Origin: Azolla caroliniana
Taxonomy: Eukaryota; Plantae; Polypodiophyta
DNA: 64,000 bases
Reading direction: 5' to 3'
Assembly (NCBI GenBank): GCA_043228905.1
Contig: JBHGNT010000003.1
Span: 14,322,001 to 14,386,000, forward strand
Positions 44,801 to 56,276 of this stretch are shown in pieces. Made by a program: the position numbers and the translations under genes. How positions within the stretch are numbered: position 1 is the stretch's first letter; every line of letters starts with the position of its first letter. A model generated the notes under the pieces. The model did not search any database and was not told the origin of the DNA. It saw only the letters and a list, made by a program, of their open reading frames with translations.

Positions 44801-47800
44801 TCAGAACTCGGATTGGAGTTGGGGTTCGGAGTTGGGGGCTGGTACCAGGACGCGGACTCGTCAACCACAATGTCGCGGCTAACACGCGCTTGTTTGGTGC
44901 GAGGGTTATAGCACTTATAACCCTTCTGCTCGTCCGAGTAACCGACCACGATGCATTTCTCGGCCTTTGTGTCCAACTTCCTCCTTTTCTCCTTCGGTAC
45001 ATGCACATACGCAATGCTACCGAACACCCTCAAGTGTCGCAAGTTCGGCTTTGTTCCGAAATATAGCTCGTGCACTGACACTTTGTCTCCGATCTGGTTC
45101 TGGATGTATACCGCGCGGTTCTTACTGCCTCGGCCCAGTAGAACTTGGGCAAGCTCTTCTCCTCCAGCATTACCTGTGCCGCTTCCACAACTGACCGATT
45201 CTTCCTCTCGGTCACACCGTTCTGCTCCGGCGTGTATCTACAACTGAATTCGCGCTGAATTCCCATTTGTTGTAGATAACTGTTGAATTGACCAGAAAAC
45301 TACTCTTTCCCGCCATTCGACCGCAGGCACTTGATCTTTCGTCCCGTTTCCGTTTCCACGAACCGTTTGAGGTCCCAGAAACAGTCGAAGACTTCGCTCT
45401 TCGTCTCAATGAGGTAGATCCACGTGTGCCGCATGTGGTCGTCGATGAAGGAGATGAAATATCGACTCCCGCCAAGACTAACGTTTTGTGCCAGCCCCGA
45501 TACATCAGAGTGTATAAGGTCGAGCTTGTTCCGGCTCCGGTTTCGCTCGTTGGGGAAAGGAAGTCGGTGTTGCGTCCCGAGCTGGCAGGCTTCACAAATT
45601 TGTGCCTTTCGGCCACTAAATTTGGGCAATCCGAACACCACTTGTTTCGATTGCAGGTCTTGAAGCCGCTGGTAGTTGACGTGGCCTATCCGTTTGTGCC
45701 ACAAGTCGATGTCCAACTCGGATTTTTGTCCCTTCGCGAACATTGCGGTGCCGCCGTCAGTGGAATCGAGGATGAACATCCTCCCGTCTCTGCGCCCTTG
45801 CGCAATCACACGACCTTCTTCCTCAATGAAGCACCCGAGGTGTGTAAACCGAACCTCCATCCCTTGGTCGATGATCTGTCCGACCGAGACCAAGTTCTTC
45901 ATGATTGTCGGAACGTGCAATACGTTCATGAGTTTCCCTTTCTGCCCGACATGGCTAAGGAAAACTTCTCTGACATTCGCGATCGGATGCGGAGTGTCGT
46001 CTCCAGTTGCAACTACTCCAGGTTGTATCGGTTTTTCAAGGTACGAGAACCACTCCTTATGGCTCGTCATGTGGTTTGACGTGCCGGAGTCTACGTACCA
46101 CACCTCGTCCAATGTCGGGGTGGTCCGTTTCATTGAGTTTGCTTCGTGTCTCGTCACGAAGGCAGACCCTTCTCCGGCTCTCCTGGAGTCTTCGGCGTAG
46201 TGCGATCGTTGCCGATTTCCCTTGTCGGTATGTCCGGAGCCGTTTCCGGAACCGGTTCTCTCCGAATCGGCGCGCTTCTTCTAGCACTCACTTTCCCTGT
46301 GGCCTTTCTTGCCACAGTAACAGCACTCTGCGATGGCCTTCCCTTGCCGGTTCTCATCGCTTCGACTCCCCCTGTTTCCGGAGGATCCGGAGTTGCTGTC
46401 GGCATCACTTCGGTGCCTTCTTCCTTGATCTCGTCAGCCGCCTCCATTGCGTGCCGATTCGCCTCGTCCTCCACGTCCACGGGGCCTATCTCCCTCCGTG
46501 TACAACATTCTGCTGTCGGTGTGCGTGCTTGTAGACGCACCCGCGTGGTTCTCCTCTACCAGGAGCATTGACTGTAAGTCGAAAAAGGACGGCGTATTCT
46601 CCCGGGTACACACAGCCGTTTGGAACGCTCCGAACTTCGACGCCAAACCTCCGAGACAGATCTGGACCATCTCACTCTCCTCGATGTTCACCTCTATGGA
46701 GGCAAGGGAGTCGCATATATCCTTGATCTTCGAGGTATAGTCCGCCACCGACAAGTCGCGTTGTCGCAGGTTGCTCAACTCCTGTCGGAGTTGAAGCTTC
46801 CTGGCTGTGGTGCTCGTGGCGAAAATCTTCTTCAGATTTTCTCACGCACCCTTCGGCGTCTTTGCATCTCGAACATAGCTCAATAGCTGTTCGCCCACAC
46901 ACGACGCGAAGCAGTATAATACCCTGCTCGCCGATTGCTCCCACGACGGGAAGTCTCTGTGTGTCGATTTGGGTGCCGCGTCATTAGCTCCTTCGACATA
47001 ACTCTAGTAGCCGTGCCCAAGCAGGTACTGGTGCATCTTGTAGGACCAAGACACGTAGTTGGTTCTGTTGAGCTTCTTTGTTGGAAGCGAGCTCGCCATG
47101 CCTCTATCCATCGTTCTTCTTGTTCTTCTTCGTCAAGCTGTGTCGGCAGCAGAGAGGTTCTCAACCCTCGCGCTCTGATACCATGTAAAAAATAAAGTGC
47201 AGAAGCAAGTATGAAGACGGAACAGAAGGAAGAAAACTTAGGTTTAATGGAGAGCTTGAGCTTACGCAGTATACGCGGGAGAGACAGAGAGAGTGAGAGA
47301 GGAAGATAACAATAACTATATTCAACAGCAGTACTAAATCTCTATTCACCACACTCTATACATATGTGTGTTCAATGAACACTTTTATACAAGTCCTAGA
47401 AGGATTGACCGAAGTACTGACAATACTTCAATGCTCATTAAGAACTCCTACACTAACTCCCAAATATATTCCTCACGGAATATCTTTCCTAACGGCCTCC
47501 CGGTTTACACACCAATCCGGCTCTACCTACGCACCGGTCTGCGTACCGGTTTACGCATTCGGCCTAACCGATCGGTCCCAACCGATCCGGTCCTCGACTT
47601 CTTCAGCCCGGCCGATGTTGAGCTTGTCTCTTAACAATATCTTTCTTCTCTCCTCTGTTTTTTACCGACGATTAGGGTTTGTCTGATTCGAGCAATTGTC
47701 GGCAGCAGAGGTTCTCAACCCTCTCGCTTTGATACCATGTAAGGAATAGCATGCGAAAGCTTTTAGAAAAACCGGCTCAGTCGGATAACAACAGTAAAAT

Positions 47801-48190
47801 AGACATGAAGGTTTAATGGAAGCTTAAGAGTACACTGTAGACGGGAGAGACAAAGAGAGCAGAACAATAACAACCAATTCAAAATAATAACACTATGTGT
47901 ATACTGTGTCCTACATAACACTTTTTATACAAGTCCTTAAAAGGACTGACAGAAGTACTGACAAGTACTTCAATGCTCATACGAGTGACTTACACTAACT
48001 CCAAGGAATATGCCTACGTACTAGGCTCGTAGCCACCAACGGTCTACCGGTTCTCATTATTCTGGAGTATGATCCGGTTCTCCGGTACGGCTCTAGGTTC
48101 CAGACACCGATTTTGTTGTCCGCTCTGGATGTCGATCTGGCTCTGGCTTATTTAGTCAATCCGGATCCGGTTGAGCTTGCCTGCTCAACA
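38876..48190 (-). mobile_element. Older copy of a second copia family (5' LTR 47738-48190, PBS 47726-47737, coding 41820-38876), host of the 41838-47636 insertion
   Basis: TGTAA...CAACA LTR; PBS gctttgatacca (Met, one mismatch); gag to RT fragments; truncated at WHLHQ. Confidence 0.88.
41838..47636 (-). mobile_element. Full-length copia of family 2 (5799 bp), mildly decayed, inserted in the leader of its own relative
   Basis: LTRs 41838-42294 and 47184-47636 differ by about 14 substitutions and one indel by eye. TSD ATATC at 41833-41837 and 47637-47641. Met PBS 47172-47183; PPT agggggag 42302-42295. Gag-PR-IN-RT-RH with stops and frameshifts. Confidence 0.95.
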
Positions 48191-48683
48191 CGGGGCCGTA
48201 TTGGATAATTGGAGTCGAAAACGGTACCTTCGAACTAGGAACCCTAGCCGGGGAAATTTTGTGACCTAAGGTCAATGGATTTCGACCCAAAACCTACTCG
48301 GGACCCACACCCCCAAATCTGTTTAGAAACGCCGCGGAGTTAATGGTTGAAACACCGACCCAGTCCTTGCCAAATCAACCTCGGGCGGTGGACCCACCAT
48401 CCATTAATACATATCCTACTATTCAATATTGTAATATTAATGTAAACTAATAATAGCCATTACCGTTAGGTATGAGAAAAAAATAAAATAAAATGCATTC
48501 AGAGCTATATTTAAGGTTTTGCACGCAGACACACAAACGAAGAAAGCAAGTATCCCCTACATTCCCACGTGTGGAAGGCATGGGTCGAAGGACCTTGAAC
48601 ACTACCGTTCCCACGACACAAAAAAGTAATCTAAGTCATTTCTCTAACCCTGCACAACATAGAAACTCTCATAGCGCCCCTTG

Positions 48684-48720
<37 letters not shown>

Positions 48721-50285
48721 ACCACCATCCGTAAGAAGCTGAACCACGTGGATACTATTACAAACACCACCATCCGTAAGAAGCTGAACCACGTGGATAC
48801 TATTACAAACACCACCATCCGTAAGAAGCTGAACCTGAGCTCTACCAGGGAACGTCCCTTGGAGATCCCTTCCATGGAGGTATTAGAGCACTATTTTGGG
48901 GAATAGTCACTCTCCGCCAAGGCATACAAAACGAGGGATGCCCCCCGTCTGTTCTTCTGAGAGATAGCCAAGTTTCTATTAGAAATGGGTTGCATTCATC
49001 CCAACACTTATGGTATGCCAAAACAGAAGGCCGAGATCATTATAACGACCTTTGAGGGACACGTCATCGATTGGGGTGTAATCACGGGGCCATCCTTGCG
49101 TGAAGGTCTGCACACCTTCCAAGCCGGCAAGAAGATCCTTCCCATCTTTCAACAATACTTCACCATATTGTTCCCCCCAATGGCCCTACCTGATCCGGCC
49201 ATTGGCCATCCCGTGTCAGTAGAAATGGCCCCTCGAGGACCTCATGACCTCGGAATGGGAAGAGGAAGGCAGTACCGGACCAACCCACTCACGGAACGTA
49301 CAAATGATGGCCCACAACACAGACCAGGAGACAGAAGAACGACCCAACAGCCCCAAAACCAACCGTTGTCAACTTCGCGGATTGGCCAAAGACATGACAC
49401 CACGACCTTTGAAGAAATCCCAAGGTCACAATTGTCACTAACCAGGAATACAGAGCAAGGCAAAGGCATCCTAACCCCGAACAATGTCGTGATGGTGTAC
49501 CCAGAAATGCCAGTCATAGCCCATGAGTTCTTAGCTTTGTTATAGTCCGGCAAGACGTTCGAACTCATGGAGTTCTTGGCGTTACAACAAATAAAAGTCT
49601 CCCAATCAATGGCAGAGGAGCATGCGAAGAGACAGATGATCGAGTATGCCCTGGCGGGAATGACAGAGAGTGAGGACGAATGCACATTGTGCAAGATTGG
49701 GCGAATGAGTAATGCAGACGAAGGCCTTGTCAGAATCGAGCTTCCTCCATTGAATATTTCCTTAGTCGAGGTGCACAAGGAGCTAGCCACAATATGGGTA
49801 GAAACCAAAGATATGGTCTCCAAAAACGAGACCGCAAAGAAGGCCGAAAAGTACGCCAAACAACAACTATCGCGGACTTGGAGCACCACTTGCAGGAAGC
49901 AACAACCTCAACCAATACCATAGCTTCCCCCACACCCGAAATACATAGACTCAACAAGGAGGTTGAAACTCAAACGAAAATAGCGGCAATAGGGAAAAAA
50001 GCGGCAGAACTCGCCGAGATGGAGATAGGACTCCACTCCGAACTCCGACAGTCGGCGTATCGGGAAATGGACATTCGATCAAAGGTGAGGAAGGGTGTAA
50101 AAGCAATAATACAAGACAAGTTGGACACTGAAATTTCGGCCCACAAACAAACAATCAAAGCGCTCAACAAACAGACAGAAGCAGTCGGCTGATCCGAAGG
50201 CATCATCCAGGGGCTACGCGAGGCCGCAACAAAAAATCACCAATGGTACGAGGAACATATCGAGAATGAGCGCTCACTGTCAAGA
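48191..50285 (+). mobile_element. Distant relative of the extra-ORF gypsy: integrase tail, spacer, degenerate extra ORF
   Basis: GPYWIIGVENGTFELGTLAGEI; EIPSMEVLEHYFGE*SLSAKAYKT...IIITTFEGHVIDW aligns with ELPSSQIFFEYFGEYSLSSKAYRT...IVIATFEGLQVDW. Confidence 0.8.
48720..48835. repeat. 45-bp tandem repeat, about 2.6 copies
   Basis: accaccatccgtaagaagctgaaccacgtggatactattacaaac at 48721, 48766 and partial at 48811. Confidence 0.9.
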
Positions 50286-52033
50286 TGTTGGGAACATGTC
50301 TCCTTGGATGGGAAAAGAAGTATCCTGTTGGGAAGAGAAGTATTGAAAGAGAAAATCAAAATCGTTTCGGAAGACTATAATTGTAAATAGTCTAAAATGC
50401 CTCTAGTGGGCTATACTTGTAAATAGCCAGAAAGTTGCTTTTGTTTATAAGCAACTAGGGCAAACTTTAGTATGGTGTTTTTTGATCATTATTGAAAAGT
50501 CAGAACGAGGTAGTTGCCTTTGTAACCGTGAGTGAGAGAGTAACTCTGTAGTCGTCTGTCAGACAACAGAGAACTTGAGGTCGTTGCCTCCGAGTTCCAT
50601 ATTTGTACTTCCTCTCTACTATAGTGATTTGTTTTCTCGGGGTTTGTGGATCCCCGTGATTTTTCCCATTTCGGGTTTTCCACGTAAAATATTTGTGTCT
50701 CTGTGTCTTCACGTTTTTTGTCTGTGTACTAGTTCTTGGCTTCTGCACACGAAGACGAATGTAAACTGGTTGTGGCCGATCGATTCCTAACAAAGTGGTA
50801 TCAGAGCAATGGAAGACTCGTTCGGCGGCATGTTTAAGCTAAACGGCTCCAACTACTCAGTGTGGAAGTCGAAGATGAGAGAAATGCTCGTGTGCAAAGA
50901 CCTCTGGCTGCCGGTGCAGTTTGGAGATAAAAGACTAGACAAGATCGATACAACGACTTGGGAAGTGTTGCATCTGAAGGCGACCGCATATATAAGGTGT
51001 TTTATAGACATGAGTCTATACAACAACTTCGGCGAAGAAATAGAAGCAGAAGTCCTATGGAAGAAGATCGACGTCATGTTCAAAAGCAAGAACGCCGTGA
51101 ACCGAGTCTCAGTATTTCGAAAAATCGTGAGGCTCTGGTATCAGGATGGCTCCAGTATGGCGCAGCACATCAATGTCTTCCAAGGATTGATGAACCAAAC
51201 CACCTCTCTAGAAGTACCTCTGGCTGACGAGGTATTAAGCATTACTGTTGCTGGGATCCCTTCCGAACAATTGGGAGTCGCTCATTGTCACTTTGGGCAA
51301 TGTAGGGCCAGAAGGCCAACATCTAAACCTAGAGAAGGTGAAGTCAATCTTGCTGAATGAAGAAGCTTGCTGGAAGGACCGTGAGTCCAATAACGACCAG
51401 AAGGCTTTAGTCACGGAAGGTGACACGATAAGAGGCTGAAATCGAAGTCCCCAGAACCAAGATAAGTCGATGACCAGGTTGAAGTCGAGGGGGGGATCCA
51501 TGTGATTCTATTGTGGGAAGCCAGGGCACTTCCAAAAAAATTGCCGACACTTTCAAAAGGAGAAAGGGGGACCTGATGGTGTAGATCCGAAGAAAATCCT
51601 GGACAAAAAGAACACCTCAGCAATCGCCACGAGTGAGGAGGAGTTGTTGCTCATTAGTGAGCAAAATGAAGTGAATCTCGCCGACGAAGAATCGACATGG
51701 GTGGTCGATTCAGGTGCGTCATTCCACCTAACTCGTGACCGAAAGTGCTTCTCATCCTATAGAGCCAGAGACCTTAGATCCGTAAAGATGGGAAATGAAG
51801 GAGCATGCCGAATCATCGGCATTGGAGATGTGTGTTTGGAAAACTCAACCGGGTGCAAACTTGTGTTGAGAGATGTATGACACATTTTGAAGGTTCGATT
51901 GAACCTAATATCAGCCGGTCATCTAGATAATGAAGCCTACACGGGTAGCATCCGAAACAGTGTCATGAAGTTTTGCCAAGGAAGTCTGATCGTGGCTCGA
52001 GCTCGGAAGACCAACACACTGTACATAATGAAA
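50286..52033 (+). mobile_element. Tork-like copia 5' half (LTR 50286-50792, Met PBS 50796, gag from 50809)
   Basis: TGTTGGG...CTAACA; tggtatcagagc; MEDSFGGMFKLNGSNYSVWKSKM; WVVDSGAS. A remnant of the same LTR family lies at 54312-54451. Confidence 0.9.
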
Positions 52034-54311
52034 GGGAAGTAGCAAGGAAAACAGATGCACTATCGCGGCGTTCATATCTTGCACCTCGTCCTAGTGATCC
52101 AACGTTTGATAATCAAAAGCAGGTAATCTTGGGACCAACACATTTTCATACAACGCGGATTTTTCACACTCCACTAGATTCCCGGATTATCGATGCCATA
52201 CATGCTAACTTGAAGACGGACAGTTTTGCTCAAGCCATTCTAGCGCACATTGATACCTCTTGGACATCCTGTTCCCAGTCTCAACAACCAGGTATGGACT
52301 ACCGACAATTTGAATATCATGATGGTTTATTGTTCTTTAAAAAGCTCGTATATGTTCCCGATTGCTCATGTCACCTTCAAATCGTCCAAAATTGTCACGA
52401 CACCCATACAAAGGGACATTTCGGTAGTACGGAGACATTGGATCTAGTTCAACGATCGTTTTGGTGGCCCCATATGCGACATTTTGTCGACGACTATGTT
52501 CGGACTTGTGATGCTTGCTATCGAGCAAAGATGCCACGACATCATCCATATGGCTTGTTGGAACCCTTACCGATTCCAAGTAAGCCGTGGCAGTCTATTT
52601 GTCTTGATTTTATCACAGATTTGCTGGTCTCGAAGGGTTTCGATGCTATCTTAACCGTCGTTGATCGATATACTAAGATGGTACATTTTGTGCCATGTAC
52701 TAAGGCCATCACTAGTGAGGAAACCGCCGCCCTTGTCATGCGTGAGGTATTTCGGCATCATGGCCTCCCAGACAGTATCATCAATGACCGAGGACCTCAA
52801 TTCGTCTCCAAATTTTGGAAGTATCTCTTCAAGATGCTCAAGGTCTCTTGTAACCTCTCCTCCGGCTACCATCCCCAGACCGATGGGCAGGCAGAACGAA
52901 CAAATCAAACGCTAGAACAATACCTCTGGTGTTTTCTCTCCGGAGGGGCTTGAACCATCAGTGACATACCACTCTGGAAGGGCTAGGATTCTAACCTTGC
53001 GTCGATAGTTACAGGCCAAGGAACAGTCCTAGGTAGACAGTTTCTATGGGGCGTAGGCCTCCTAAAGGGTAACGGAGGCGTGCAAAGGTTTCCTCAGGCT
53101 GGACAGACCTGAGTTATCAACAAGACGATTGGGCTGATATTCTCCACTTCGCGGAGTTTGCTTATAATAACACTATTCACTCCTCGACTCGGGTGTCCCC
53201 ATTTTATGCTTATATTGGTTCTCATCCTCGCTGGTCTGTGATCGACAACCCAGACCTACCAATCCTCATGTCGAGTATCATTTGGAGAGGCTACGCAAGA
53301 TCCAGATGGATCTCTCTATTCATCTTCGTCATGCTCAACACACACAGAAGACTTACGCAGATTGTCATCAGCTTCCCTCCTCTTTTGCCATCGGAGATCG
53401 AGTATGGCTCTTACGTTGTCACATCAAGACTACTGGACCGTGCGACAAGTTGGATTATCGACGACTCAGTCCTTTCTGTATTACCGGTAAGGTTAATGAT
53501 GTCACATTCCGCCTTGCTCTTCCTCCGCATCTTCAGATAGATCCGGTCTTTTAGATAGATCTGGTCTTCTGTAGTTCTCTTCTTGAACCTTATAAAGCAA
53601 ACACTATTCCTGATCGTGTTACACCACCGCCACCCCTGCTTGAGTTAGACCCAGCCCGAAGTATGAAGTTGCTCCCGTCCTCGACTCCAAATTTGTTCGC
53701 AACAAACTTTATTATTTGGTCGATTGGCTTGGCTATAGTTTGAGCGAACGTACTTGGGAACCCGTCGAGCACGTCGCCAATGCTCAGGATCTTCTTGCTG
53801 ATTTCCACCGACAATATCCAGACAAACTCGGTCCTCAATCAATGCCGACTCGTTACACTCGTCGTCTTAAGGGGGGGGTAGTGTCATGATATGGCAAGAC
53901 TCGAACCCATGACCTTATGTTATATGGGTCGAGCTCTTGACCATTATACCATCTATTGTAATACGTAAGATATTATTTCCATTTAAGTTTTATTATAGGA
54001 AATTAATGTATATTCCAGATTCCTCTAGAACATTCTAGAAGCTTCAGGACTCCTCTTGAGAACACTATAAAAGGAGGCACAAGGCATTATAGTGAACCAA
54101 ATCGGTTCAACGCCAGTCTTAAGCCTCATAGCCATTTTGTACTTACTCTTCATATAATATATCATCTATTATCATCATCATCTCTCTCTCTCTCTCTGTC
54201 CTCCTCTCTCTCCCTCTCTCGGGAGTCTTACACAATCCCGTCCTCTTAGTACTAATAGTACTTCCCTTCTCGAGTACTAATTCTCTCTCTGTTTTAGTAC
54301 TATTCCTAACA
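52034..54311 (+). mobile_element. Tcn1/Tf1-like chromovirus 3' half: integrase, chromodomain, PPT, 3' LTR 53882-54311
   Basis: DALSRR, PWQSICLDFITDL, DRGPQF, YHPQTDGQAER; chromodomain YEVAPVLDSK...YLVDWLGYSLSERTWEP from 53662; PPT aagggggggg at ~53869-53878. LTR related in size and motifs to 914-1349. Confidence 0.92.
52938..53108 (+). rRNA. rrn23: ~170-bp plastid-type 23S rRNA fragment (non-functional) inserted in the integrase
   Basis: ataccactctggaag...ttctaacctt...aggtagacagtttctatggggcgtaggcctc...gtaacggaggcgtgcaaaggtttcctc matches plastid 23S rRNA as I recall it. The integrase reads CFL|SYQQDDW across the insert. Confidence 0.88.
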
Positions 54312-54451
54312 CTGTAGTCCTCTGTCAAACGAAGGAGAACTCGAGGTCATTGCCTCCGAGTTCCGTATTTGTACTTCCTCTCTACTATAGTGATCTTTTT
54401 TCTATGGGTTTGTGGACCCCCGTGGTTTTTCCCATTTTGGGTTTTCCATGT

Positions 54452-56276
54452 TGTCGTGATGTGGCATGTCTAGTGCGAGAAAAAGTCAAAAATTGAGGAT
54501 CCACACACATTTCACGAATACTTGTAAAAAGGAAAATAAATCAGTAATAAATAAACCTAGGTCACAATGACATTGAGTGCATGTAGAGGGCTGCCAGTAG
54601 GATTTCAACCTTGCACCTCTAAGATAAGAGGCAATTACCTTAGCACTAAAGCTACTACTAAGTGCTTTAGATTTTCTATATTTCTTTCTCATATTCAGTA
54701 TTCCATAGGAAACAAACGTACAAAACCGTGTACACAAAACCATGGTTTTAAGCCCATGGTTTTCTGCATGTCACAAAGCAAAACTGTGTGCACAGAAACC
54801 ATGGCTCCAAGCCCATGGTTTTGTGCATGTACAAACCTATAAAACCCCTAGTACGGCTTGTGTAAAGGGGGGGGGGCTCAATATGTGATATCACCATCAA
54901 TATAAAATTCTTCTTATAAATATACTTCTTATTTTTCTTCTTCTTTTACCGTCGATCAATATTATTATACTTATAATTGTCAATCTTTCAATCTTTTAAA
55001 AATGTGACATTGGTTTCCTCGACTCGTATCCACATCATCAAATCTTTTCGACAAGTTCACGAACGTCCTCTCCAGTCCGAGACCCTGGTGGTCCCGCTCA
55101 AGCGAAGCACGCATGCACGCGCATCTTCGCGACATCTTTTGGTGAACCCGACGTGAAGAGCGGTAGGGGAGGATGAAGATGGACAAAGAATATCTCATGA
55201 AAGCAATGTCGAAGATGATGATGGAATTTTCGAGAGAAGGTAAAAGACGAGATGCGGCCCAACAAGCCATCGAAAGCGTGGTCGAGTGAGTCGGCTATTT
55301 CGACCGGGGCATAGTCCAAAATTTTCTAGACACCTACAATGCCAAGATGGATTCGAGAGGTGTAAAAGAAGCTATGAGGCTGGAGTACTTTTGTTAGGTC
55401 GTGGCTCAACCGAATTACAAAAAGGTAAAAGAGCTTCAAGAAGCTCATGATTCGTGGGTGACTTTCAAGGAGGCTCTATTGGAGGCATATGGCTACAAGA
55501 GAATGAAGGGAAAAAGTTTGTACAAGTTCAACCAATGGGTGTCATTGATGAGGAACCACTGGAGTGCCATGGATGCGTTCGTTGAGTTTGAGTGTCGCTT
55601 TGCTCAACTCTCAAAGCGGGATCGAAGATTGGTAGGGGTGAATAAAGTTCTACTATTTGTAAAGTCAATCGATCAGAATGAAAAGAAGGCCATTGGAATC
55701 CAACTCGAGGATGACGATGGTGCAAATGGTCTCATCGAGGATTGGGGCAAAGTGGAAAGGGTATGCCGACAACACGACGAGAGGAAGACGAGATGCTCGT
55801 TGACAACAACACGACCCATGAGGGATGTTCAAAGGAGAACGGGATGCAATACACCACCACCGAAGGAAGAAAACTCGAAGAGGGAAGATTCGATACTCAA
55901 CATAGAAGCCTTAATGAGAGAAGCATTCAAGAACTTAAAGGTGCAAGGTGATGCTGAAGACGAGCTTAAAATGGAGCGAAAACTGAGGGGAATGGTGATC
56001 GAGGAAAAAGAGACCTCCCAACAAATATGGGTTAATGAAGTGGCCGATACAAAGGCTCAAGTTTTTTATGACAATACCAAGAGAAAAGGTGCAAAACAAG
56101 TGACCTTCTCATATTGCAGAGAAACAAGTGTCAAGGATAAGGCCGAAGACTCGAGAGCAGGAAATGCCGCTCTAAGAGTGGACAAGCATTTCAGAACACA
56201 CATTGTGTCCGAAATATCAAGTGATGAAAGTGCAAGCGTGAGCAAAGATTGCGTGATCGAGGGAGATAAAGAGTGC
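54452..56276 (+). mobile_element. tRNA-Trp-primed LTR element: LTR 54452-55134, PBS 55140-55156, degenerate gag-like ORF
   Basis: Terminal inverted repeat TGTCGTGA...TCGCGACA; TGGTGAACCCGACGTGA complementary to the tRNA-Trp 3' end; ORF from ~55179 (SWVTFKEALLEAYG, KVLLFVKSID) cut by the next LTR. Confidence 0.75.
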
